Below, piece by piece: positions 38,501 to 48,232 of a stretch of DNA of 64,000 bases. Position 1 is the first letter of the stretch; each line of letters begins with the position of its first letter. The stretch lies in assembly GCA_037447605.1 (NCBI GenBank), contig CM074816.1, forward strand, positions 635,873 to 699,872, read 5' to 3'. The notes below the pieces were generated by a model, which ran no database searches, was not told the origin of the DNA, and saw nothing but the letters and a program-made list of their open reading frames with translations. The translations under genes and the position numbers were made by a program. The DNA is from Zygnema circumcarinatum SAG 698-1b (taxonomy: Eukaryota > Plantae > Zygnematophyceae).

Positions 38501-41500
38501 AAAGAAAATGATTCAGGAAAGCCGATGTCTCGATGACCAGCCGTACAATCTTCTCTATTTATTCCCTGACATGCATGCCTTTGATCGGAAGCAGGCTCTT
38601 GTGGAGTCCAAAGAATGACGAGAATGAACAGCATACCGCATGTTTGAAGAATCTCACTTTTCAAATGAATTTCAATGGTTTACCATTCTGCTTGCTGCAG
38701 GGCGTGTTTGATGATCCGGATTGCTTTTCCAACGGAGTGGATCACAGCGTGGCAGTGGTCGGGTACGACCTGAGCGCGGATCCACCCTTTTGGATCCTCC
38801 GCAACTCGTGGGGGCGCAACTGGGGCGAGCAGGGCTCCATGCGCCTCAAGATCGCCGGCGGCGCGGGCATCTGCGGGATCAACAGCCTGCCCGCGCTCAT
38901 GCCCGTCGTCAGACCCCAAGGTCTGCCGTCTTCCCCTCTGCTTTTAGGGTTTCTCGTCAAGATTAGACGTGTTACTTATCGATGAGACTCTACGTCACGC
39001 TCGTTTGACTGACTTTGTTTTTCAACAACGGAAAGAACTGTGACGCGGGCCTTCTTTGATTGGGCATTGTTTTTTGCAGACGACGATCCCTGCTTTAGGA
39101 AGAGCTACGCGAATACGGTTCTCAGGATATCGAATGGCCCTGGATCTATGAACCCATGCGGAAATGGGTTGTGTTCTCCCTCCGGCTCTACAAATCTGTG
39201 CGACTGCTCGAATGGTTTTGTGGCGGTGACCAACACCGATGGTTCCCAGACATGTGCACCAGGTGATGACTCTTTATGCTCCGATTGAGCTTTCATGCAT
39301 ATGCTTTTTTGACGGAAATATCCGTCTATTTTTTCATCGAATTAACTGCGAAACCTTGTACTATGCAATGCAGTGTCTCCGTGCACGTTTGCAGGCAGCA
39401 ATCCCTGCGGTGTGGGCACATGTCTGGACGCCACCTCCCCTCCGGGCACATACGTGTGCGCCTGCCCCATGGGCTACGCTCCCGACTCCCCCGACGGCAC
39501 TCTCACGTGTGTTCCAGGTGCGCCCTCATGACTCCTAAACGCCGAATTCTGCTTCAAAATCTATCACATACCTTATATTGTTCAGGAATCAGCTCTGAAA
39601 GACGTACCGAAGGAACTGCTGCAATTAGAACCACATTCTACGCTTTGGCTTATCGATCGAAAATCAGGAATTGTGTTCGTCCCTGTGGCATTCGTGGCAA
39701 TGACTCAAGGAAGGTTTTGAAGCATAGAATTACCATGCGACAATACCACACGAATAATGTATTTAGAAAGTGGGTGGTATTATGCGCATGACTCATTCCT
39801 TCCCGCGGTTTAAAAATGCGTGCCTAAATGAGTAAGTCAAGTGGCGGCGCCTAAAGGAGAAGCGCCAATCCGCTCATCACGCGCTGCCGTTCATACTTTC
39901 GCGCTTTTTCGCCACAACCTCGCTTTAAAGTCGAACATTGGAGTTGACACTCACATGGTAGAATGATTAGAAAGTGCCAGTGATGATGATCATCATGATC
40001 TGCCTTCATGTGAAACTGCAATGCAGTCTAATTAAAGAAGCTGGGAAAAGAGTTTATGACCCTTCTCCACGGTTGCAATTTCATCTTCCAGCTGCTCTGA
40101 GCACGGGCCCGCAAACCTTCACCGTTCCGGTTGGTGCCAACATGACTTGCTACACGATTTACACCACATTTGGAATCAGCAGCACTGATTTCTTCGCCCA
40201 AAATCCGGTGAGTCCGAATCGTTGCAAAACTTGCACATTACCATTTTAGAATATGCAAGTACGTAGAGGAAGTTCTGAGAAACCCTTTTTTTTTTTTTCA
40301 CATCCCATCCATCTCGGGCCACAATGTGTATTCTGAAAATAGTAACTGTGGGCTCTTCCTCGTGATGGTTTCCATTGCATCGGAGGAAAAAATGTTGACG
40401 TTTTCCTCATGTCAAACTCAACCCTTCCCCGCATCCACAGACTCTGAACTGCAACGTTCCAGTTCCGGGAGGCACGGTGATGAATGTGAACAATCGCAAG
40501 GACTGTTCCGTGGTTTATGCTGTCAATGGAGTGAGTTTACTCCTTTCAAATTCACCTCATTCAAATGCAGCTCCAACTGCTGTGTCTCCTTGCAAGCTGT
40601 CTCGAGGGCCTCAACACTTCACAAGCATGACCACTGTATCTGACCACTGATCTGTACATGAAACCTGAACAGTGTCTGCCACTCGTCAGCTAACGAGTTA
40701 CCGAGTATGCTTGTTGCAGGGTGATACATGTGAAACAATAGCAGCAGTTTTCAATGTGTCCTCAATCGCCGGGCCCGGATCTCCGAACCCTGAATTGGAC
40801 TGCTCGCAGCTGAAGCCATTCCAGCAGGTTTGACCTCACCTTTTGTGGGAAGTCTCCAATGCCGCGTATGCAGTCGGAGCTGATGCATTGTATTTCCTGC
40901 TATGTTTACTATGCAGGTTTGCATTCGAAGAGGAGTTTTGGAATATTTGGGACCATGCACAAGGGAATATGATGTCCAGCCTGGAGAGTCGTGCTTATCA
41001 ATTGCAGCAAATTACCTCGACAAAGACATTTGGCAGTTCTACAAGCTCAATCCCGGAGTGTATTGCGGCAAGCTGCTGCTCCGTACTAGCAGCACTGCTG
41101 AACTGGGTCAACAGGTGAGTACTCGCAAACAGGCNNNNNNNNNNGACAAAGACATTTGGCAGTTCTACAAGCTCAATCCCGGAGTGTATTGCGGCAAGCT
41201 GCTGCTCCGTACTAGCAGCACTGCTGAACTGGGTCAACAGGTGAGTACTCGCAAACAGGCTTTGAGTATCTTATGCTTCGCACGATGTAAACGCCTTGTG
41301 TATCTCCCAAGTTGTGACGTCTTTGACACAGCTGCTCACATCAACCAAGCACGAGATGAAGTTTTGAAACAAGGCATCTCGAGGTCCTCGGAACTATGAA
41401 GTGCTTCGCGTAGACTGTTCGGCCTTCATATCATGTGGTGGTGCTCTCCTCCGCGTGGCAGGTGTGCTTGGCCGCGGGGGCAGTCGGAGCCAGTGCGACC

Positions 41501-41668
41501 TGTGCTGGCACGTCGATCAACAAGCCGGCGGGAGCCACTTGCGCCGATCTCAAGAAATGCTTTCCGAAACCTTCCACGTTCAAAAAGTTGAACAGGGCGG
41601 CCTGCACAACGAAGAATTTAAAGAAAATGTCGGCGATTTGTGTCCCGCTAAACAGCCCGTGCACTTAG
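23220..41668 (+). CDS. Secreted multidomain protein (~1741 aa): SP-NIDO-L-lectin-ProRich-L-lectin-ProRich-LRRNT-LRRx~8-EGF-papain C1A protease-EGF-EGF-LysMx3-4
   Basis: 28 GT-AG exons: 23220-23488, 23792-23838, 24697-24877, 25512-25630, 27111-27236, 29867-30613, 31582-31746, 32217-32939, 33201-33320, 33890-34019, 34228-34299, 34679-34750, 35024-35095, 35547-35618, 35944-36015, 36327-36398, 36761-37110, 37391-37576, 37742-37968, 38096-38233, 38701-38920, 39080-39262, 39374-39517, 40092-40207, 40441-40530, 40720-40827, 40917-41114, 41462-41668. Sum is 5226 nt (divisible by 3), every junction is phase-compatible and no internal stop was seen. N-terminus MASPPSLLALLLVAFALARLLHVAA is signal-peptide-like; no TM helix seen. 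Confidence 0.82.
23300..27236 (+). other. NIDO (nidogen-like) domain, exons 1-5
   Basis: SESISL..LEVSSNGILG..YIAPFYYDADTRPDNGGYVYYR..VRNLFP..FQPDGGFVLSYIDVGYF..VNTFQVWL..FCCFLYPEDGL..VGYYAGNG..QSNVNIPGKWCFKL matches the NIDO pattern (IAPFWADVD, GxVYYR, NTFQ, GFNAGDG, SNVxxPGxWxF). Confidence 0.85.
26165..29550 (+). repeat. Diverged intronic repeats (26165-26520 ~ 29222-29550; 27930-28330 ~ 28810-29250)
   Basis: Shared blocks such as gatgctagtcctccaccggctctttcttctg..aatttagagttcttagggt and cagcaagaga..gcagaagccatgcgt; no recognisable protein. Confidence 0.75.
29867..30613 (+). other. Legume (L-type) lectin domain 1, single exon
   Basis: QGDA..LQLT..GNAFHPAP..SFNARFSF..DADGLAF..GGGLGY..AVKFDT..N..HVGI..AWVEYN..FVGFTAATG..HQILSWSF. 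Confidence 0.93.
32217..32939 (+). other. Legume (L-type) lectin domain 2, single exon
   Basis: LRLT..GNAVHERP..SFKTKFSF..EADGLAF..GGSLGY..VSFDT..N..HVGI..AWIEYDG..YVGFTAGTG..HDILTW. Confidence 0.93.
37520..38920 (+). other. Papain-family (C1A) cysteine protease catalytic domain
   Basis: WNWTEEGATQAVKDQGLC|SLCWIFA (oxyanion Gln, catalytic Cys), LSEQQVLTC, CDSGGW, QQP, VDHSVAVVGY (His), FWILRNSWGRNWGEQG (Asn), GICGIN. Confidence 0.95.
40092..41668 (+). other. Three clear plus one degenerate Cys-containing LysM domains
   Basis: FTVPVGANMTCYTIYTTFGISSTDFFAQNPTLNC; YAVNGGDTCETIAAVFNV..NPELDCSQLKPFQQVC; YDVQPGESCLSIAA..FYKLNPGVYC..GQQVC; GATCADL..FKKLN..C..ICVP. Confidence 0.85.
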
Positions 41669-42337
41669 GACGGCGGGGAACAAGCAGATGCAGTACAGTA
41701 CGGCTGTGAGCAGGTTCCGCTCTCTCAGGGGATTAGGGTTCGCAGCGCCGCTCTGCCTCCGCGGGGGGATGAGGGGCCGCGGGAACGTTCGCTATGCTGC
41801 GCTACATGGTTGTCATGGGGGGGGGGTAAATGAAAGGTGAAACTGGGAGGGATGCGCTGTGCAATGGAATGCTTTTGAGTTGTTTGAGGATGCTCCATGG
41901 AGATGGCATTTCATGCATTCTCACATCCCTCATGGCATGCATGTATGAATGTCATGACAATCTCGCAGTGCTCATCATTCTACCCTAAGGCCCTAAATTT
42001 GCTCAAACTTGCTCGATGACCGCTTGCATTTTGCCGACACAGTCTGCGGCATACCATACATTGCTATTCACTTCTATTCGTGCCCTCTCACGACGTTTCA
42101 TGTTTCTAAAATCACCTCAAATAAGATTTATTTGGTGGAAGGAGGATGCGATTCCACGCTAGTAAGGCTTTATGTGCCAAACAGGTGGGGTCTACTATAT
42201 ACTGCTTCCTTTCCCTGCTCACGTCCTCAATAAGTACATTTCCCACTCGCACATCTTCCTCTCCCTCTCCCCCTAGAGGTGTGAATAGTCTGAGCTTGGG
42301 CATTGAGCCGCCGTCATCTTCCACAAGCCGCAGCTGT

Positions 42338-45300
42338 TCACAGCTTGGCAGCGTTCAGGGCCCTTGCGGAGGAGGTCACGAGCGCGGCATCCTCTGCTCC
42401 GCCCACGCAGAGAGAGAGAGAGAGGGGGGGGGAGAGAGAGGAAGGGCGAGAGAGAGCACGAGAGAGAGAGGGAAGTCCTCAGAGAAGCGTCAGAAACTGC
42501 AACGGCAGCCTCCATGGACAGCGGGACAGGCACTTTCTGTGGAAGGAGTGGCACCAATTCTTAAAGGAGAGAATGGAAAGGACGAGCAAGAAGCAGCCAA
42601 CGGATTTTAGGTCTTCGCGCTTTTAGGGTTTTCAAAATCCGTCCTCCTTATCAGACAGTCAACCAGACTCTCTCATCGACCAATTAGTTTTACAGGACTT
42701 CATCTCCCCTTTTCTGTATGCTCCATATTATCTTTTTTCTATATGACAATTTGTTCCAGTTACAAAGAACTATGGAATTCAGAACGGGAAAGAGTTGGGA
42801 CGTGCACACATAAGGCTCAAGTCATGGTGCCTAGAGCTTTGGTCAACAGGCAGTCAGCAATATGAGAGGAGATTCAACCAGCAATCGGCTCTGACAGAGA
42901 TATCTACCTTCAATGCTTTCCCGGGAGGCGCTCCATGGAACATTGTCTCTGCTCTCCACAGTTCTACGGGCGACTGCCATGCTGAGAGCGAGAGCTGCAA
43001 AAATGTCCTCCCCTCTCACAAGTCCTGCGAGAGTCCCCCCAACTAAACTATCTCCCGCTCCGCTCAGATTCACAACTGATGCTGGCAAGACCGGGAAATG
43101 GAAGTACAGCGCCTTGTGACTACCAACGATCTTAGGGTTTTGCGTTTTCTCCAAACTCCCTCGTCCCGACCAACAGCCCCGACAGAATTCTCGCTTTTCC
43201 AGGTTTCCAGCAGCATCATCCGAGCAGGTACATCTGCCATGAGATTTGCACGCAGAGCAACAACTCTCCTCTCCCTTCCGAAAGCAACCTTCTTGAACAC
43301 GATGCCGACCCTGAACCCAGCGATCCTCGCTTGCCGAGAGCGCCGAAGGGGAATGTGAAGAACCAAATGCCCTCCCTCCCTCCCCTGCTTCCCTCCCATT
43401 GACGCTGCAATGCAGGCCGCACTGCGCTCGCTGTGAGCCTCTCTGTGAGCGAACGAGGAGGGCTCCCATGGGCCCAAGAGTGAGCACCACGTGGCCTACC
43501 CCTGCCGAAAGGAGCCGCTCAATATGAGGCTGCAGATGCGCCATTTCCTCCTCCAGGGAGGGGGCCAAAGGGGACGAGGAAGAGGGAGAGGAAGAGGGAG
43601 AGGAAGGTGCAAGTCTTTGGAGCTTGGCGCCCTCGCTTCCAAGGGCCTCCGCCATGGCCACAAGCTCCGCCTTGTTGGGCGAAACGTAGGAGATCTGCAC
43701 ATGGCGAAGAGGGAGGAGAGGGGGTCAAAGGAAAGGGAATCACACGGAGGTGGAGGTGCACACTTTAGCAAGCGAAGTAGAAGGAGAGAGCGGGAAGGGA
43801 AAGGGAATAGGGAGGGGAGAAGTGAGGGGGGGGGGAAGGAGGGAGGGACAGGAGGGCAAGAAGAGACGGGGGAAATACAGGAAGAAAATGAGTTGCAAAG
43901 AGAGTGGAAAAAGAGGGAGCGCGAGAGCGAGAGAGGCAGGGTAAGAAAGAAAGAGCAACAGAAAAAAGGTTCAGAAGAGAGATTGCGGAGACAGAGGGTT
44001 GGAAGAGAGGGGAGAGAGGGAGAGAACAAAAGGGACGAAGGGAAAAGAGCAAGTATAGCGGAGGAGATATGATTTCTCTGGACAAACATTACATTCGCAG
44101 CTACAATCACCCACCTCCTGAAGTACAGATGTGGCCCGTATCGCCTTTACTACCGAGACCGGCTCAAACCACACGGGAACGTTCCCTTCCCTCGCCACTG
44201 CGGACATGCAACTTTTGATGCTTCAGATGTTCGATCTGCACTCTCTTCTCTTCCTCTGGAGAGCTCTGTGACCCCTCACAGGGGCAGACGAGCTGAATCA
44301 CTAACGGAGGCACATTTCCGTCCACTGCGACTATAGGCGCTGAACGAATTTCAGTTGCAAAACGGTCGACCCACTCCGCAGAAAGATGCGTTTCCTGGAA
44401 ACAAGTGGAAACATGGAAACAAAATTGTTTTGGTCCAGCTAGCTTCCAACATAGGCGCAGCGAGAAAAATACGGAATTTGTATCTATTGTAACTTTAAGT
44501 TCTAAACTGAGCCTAAATGTTAAGTACATAGTGCCCGACGATCAACTGAATTGTGGCACGCTATCATGTCCAAACCTTTTCGAGAAAAAAACCTTGGCAG
44601 TGGAAAGCGACATGAAGAATTGAAAAAAACAATCGAGGTTTTACTGATTCAGACGAAGTCATAACAAGTCCAGAATGGATTTCGCTAGTGAAACTAATCA
44701 AGAACATTCCAAAGAAATGTAAAAACTGTAAGAGAGAGACTGAAACGGAGAGAGTGGCTGAACATACAAGGGTGCTGACATCAGCAACTGCAGCAGCCAG
44801 TTCTCCGTCCTTATCAAAGACGGCGGACACAACTGGTGTAGAATATCCACTGCAGCGCAATATTCCTGGAGTTCATAAAGACCCAACAATAAGAAAACAA
44901 AAACGAATAACAGATGCGATAAACATCAATCTATCCGATCGAAGGATTCTCTGGAGAGGATGAGGGAGAGGAGAGGAGAAAAGGAGGAAGCATTAAGACT
45001 AGGAGAGAGAGAGAGACAGGGAGATGAAAGGACGTGGAGAGGTCGAAGTGGCAGGCAGAGGGATAGGAGGAAAACGGGCAGAGGGAAGCAGGAGGGAAAG
45101 AGGAGGGCAAGGGCAGAAACGGGTGATAGCACAAAAAGAAAACAAGAGGAGAGAAGAGAGTGAGCGATAAACAAAGCAGATAAGAGTCTACATTTGTACA
45201 GCATTTTATGGAGGAGTTTCTAAACTCGCCCAAAAACCTTTCTCAAAAAATGAAGAAACACAGGAGGCATTGCAGAAGTCAAAGGGGCATTTCTGACCCT

Positions 45301-46146
45301 CTGTAGGAAGACCAAGCGAAGTCCACCTCGCCAACAAGGCATCACCTGAACCCTAAAACCCCTCCCCTCAGCGCATCAGAGTTGGCATCTTCAGCTCTCC
45401 CTAACCACTGCTACTTTCACTCTCTCTCTCTCCAATGCCTTTCGTTCGGACTAACTTTTTACTCCCCAGCGTGATAATCCGTGCTTGATAGCATGTTCGC
45501 ATTTGTGAATTCAACGCAGGCCTCAACAGGTGAGAGTCTGTCAGCTTCAGTCAGAATTCGGCATCGACTGAGTTTTCATTCCCACAAAAACCTTCAAATG
45601 AAATCCAATGTGCGGCTCACCGGCCGCATCATCGCCGAGCACACTTATGAGGAGTGGCGGAACTCCGAGCATGGCCATGCACTCCGCCACATTGCGGCCC
45701 ACACCGCCGTGGATGTATCGCACCTGCACCCGATGTGATGTGCATTGCAGAGAGAGGCAAATACATAGGTAAAGGAAGCAACTCGGAGGAGGTAGGAGGT
45801 TCGATTTCAGCAACAGATTTTTCCTTGATTCGTTCAATTTCGTTCAAACTGGCAACTATATATCTCAGCAGGACCCAACAACGGAGGTTTGGACTCAACC
45901 GGGTCGTTCAGCCACTGCCGAACCAGACTGAGTGCTGGGCAGAGGCAGGAAACGGAGTCTAGAGATTCTAGGGTTGATGAATGGTTAAAGGCCCTGAAAT
46001 ATTTTTCTAGTGTTTGCAACGAGGGTTCAGCGCACCTTGCCGGGCACCGTGGTTCCGCGGAGCACGCTCTGGGCCTCGCCAGTCACCGCCTGCACATCCA
46101 ACACCATGGCGCCCACTACCACGGGGAGGGCGCAGCCTGCACGCTC
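42338..46146 (-). CDS. PUKI: Pseudouridine kinase (PfkB family), peroxisomal; first exon uncertain, upstream to ~46960
   Basis: PVVVGAMVLDV..GTTVPGK|VRYIHGGVGRNVAECM..LGDD|..GIL..STPVVSAVFD..|VPVWFEPVSV|YVSPNKAELVAMA..VVLTLG..VVNLSGAGDSLVGG; last exon 42338-42393 ends ..LNAAKL* (PTS1). Confidence 0.9.
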
Positions 46147-48232
46147 CTGTTGGCACAGGGATACCGCAGGATAAATCATGATGTAAAGTTAAGTGATTTA
46201 TTTAGGGCTTCTGCGGGGTCTGCAGAGGCATGGCAGTGGGCTTAGAAGGCTTTCTCGGATGTTGATCACGAATGTTAGAGTTCGGCATGGCCCTGGGTTC
46301 GAAGCAGGCAGATTTCTAGGGTTCGCGAGGTGTCGTTAGGACATTGCAGGATGAAAGGTCACAAGAAAACCCTTGAGACATTTTTTTACAGGATGTAGTG
46401 TTTGAAGTTGAGGAATCGTAAGGGTGCATGCATTCAGGCGGCGCTGTAGTCTGAGTCGTAAAAATGTGCATCGCATGCAGCATCACATTACATTTGTGCG
46501 AATACTCATAACTCTGCATTTACCATTGAACATCGTCATCCGAAGCAAGAGGAAAAGTCAACCATCTGCCCCGCAGGCTGACCTCTCATTTCTCGAAGTT
46601 TGAGTCACCGGTTCGAACCTCCCAATCGCGAAATGGGGGAAGGTGGGTTAAGTGCGAGAGGGAACGAGCAGTCCGCCCTTCCAAGGCCCAGTCTTCCCGC
46701 TGGTTTGCTCACAGGATTCAGAAAAGCAACGCTGACAGATGCAGTATTGCAGAGCCAGAAACCGATCAGTACGCACACCCGTCGGCAGGCGGAGAGGGAG
46801 CGAGGGAGAGACAGCAACTGGAACTACCTCCGCTTTCTCGCTCCGGAGCTGGACGGGAGGAGGCCTGCAGGGTCCATGCTGGAATACAGAGGCAGCGCCG
46901 TTTGTTTCAACGGTCACCGTTATCCTGAGGAGGCTGCCATCCTGGACGTAGAAATGCATAGAACATGTTCAGAACCTGTTTGTTCCACGAATTTTTTGAA
47001 AGGCGTGCTGCCACGTGGCAAGGGGGCGTGTCGGTGGCACGTGGTGCTTCCTGAGGNNNNNNNNNNCACAACCCCAGCAACAGACAAGAAGGACACTTCG
47101 GGCTCTGAACCCTCCCTCTTTGTATAGCAGGCATGAGCGTAGCACATATAATGTAACGACAACAATAGTGTCCTACAACGTCCGACTTGAAAGTAAATCT
47201 GTACAATTCACCAATCAGAAGATAAATAAGGCAACGATTCCGTCGCCTCAGCTCGCAGTTGAAACGAATACCCTGCTCTGTTCTCTGCCTCTGAGCCGCT
47301 CTGCTGACTGCAGAATGGCCGAACCGACAGCTGAACTCTGTCCAGAACTTAAGACAGCGACCTAAACCTAATTGTTTCCCTACACAAGGATCTTCATTGT
47401 GCTGCGGGCTTCCCTTTCGAATATTTCGCACAGTGACCTGAGCTGCGTAACAGAGTAAAAGTCTATACAAACGTAATTCAATAAATTCATTCTTTATGGC
47501 ATAACGCCCTACCCCCTCCCCCCAACCCCCCCCCCCCCCCCCTCCCCCCTCCCCCATTCTCACATTCTGCGGGAAAGGGGTGTGTCGCAGCCCCAAAAAA
47601 GGGTGGATTTAACACTACCCCTAAAAAAATTGTAGCCATTGATTTTAAAAAGTGGTTCATTCTTCGCAGATAAAAAATAAAAATAAAAACAACCATTTTT
47701 GGAAGCGCTTGAAGCGAGAAATCGTTAGAAATGGGCTAAGTGTAATGTCTCCCTCCATTGGTCGAATATGCGATGGTCGGCGGCTGGATCGTCAGTAGTC
47801 AGAATGGTCAATGAGTGTGGTCTGGATGGTCGATTGAGAGTGGTCAAAACGGACAATGCTAACCCTCTTGTAAATGGTTTCTATTGGAAAGTTTAAGCAT
47901 AGCGCTCCATTATTTCTTCCCTGCACCCCAACACACTTCACTTCTTCGAGGGGGAAGGAAGGAGCACTCAAACGGTCTTCATACAAAGGAGAAAATATAA
48001 AAATATACTTTATTACAATTGAACCGTGTTCAGAGTGCTTACTTGTGAATTCTGCTGTAACTTATTGAGGCTCCTTGCTCGAGCCTCGGTCTAAATACCG
48101 CTCCTCACCCTTAAACAATTATACATAGACATTCTGCCGCCGTGCGACTTGGTTAGACGCGATATTCTCCACAGCAATCAAGAGATTCCAGGAACTCTTA
48201 GGCCAATAGCGGCAACACCAAGCGAGAGCCTT

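Noticed and set aside
41145-41260. Extra LysM exon copy
   Set aside because: Exact repeat of 41029-41134 across a gap; the same pattern occurs at 8005-8075.
43491-44218. Long Glu/Arg-rich plus-strand ORFs
   Set aside because: Antisense of CT-rich PUKI introns.
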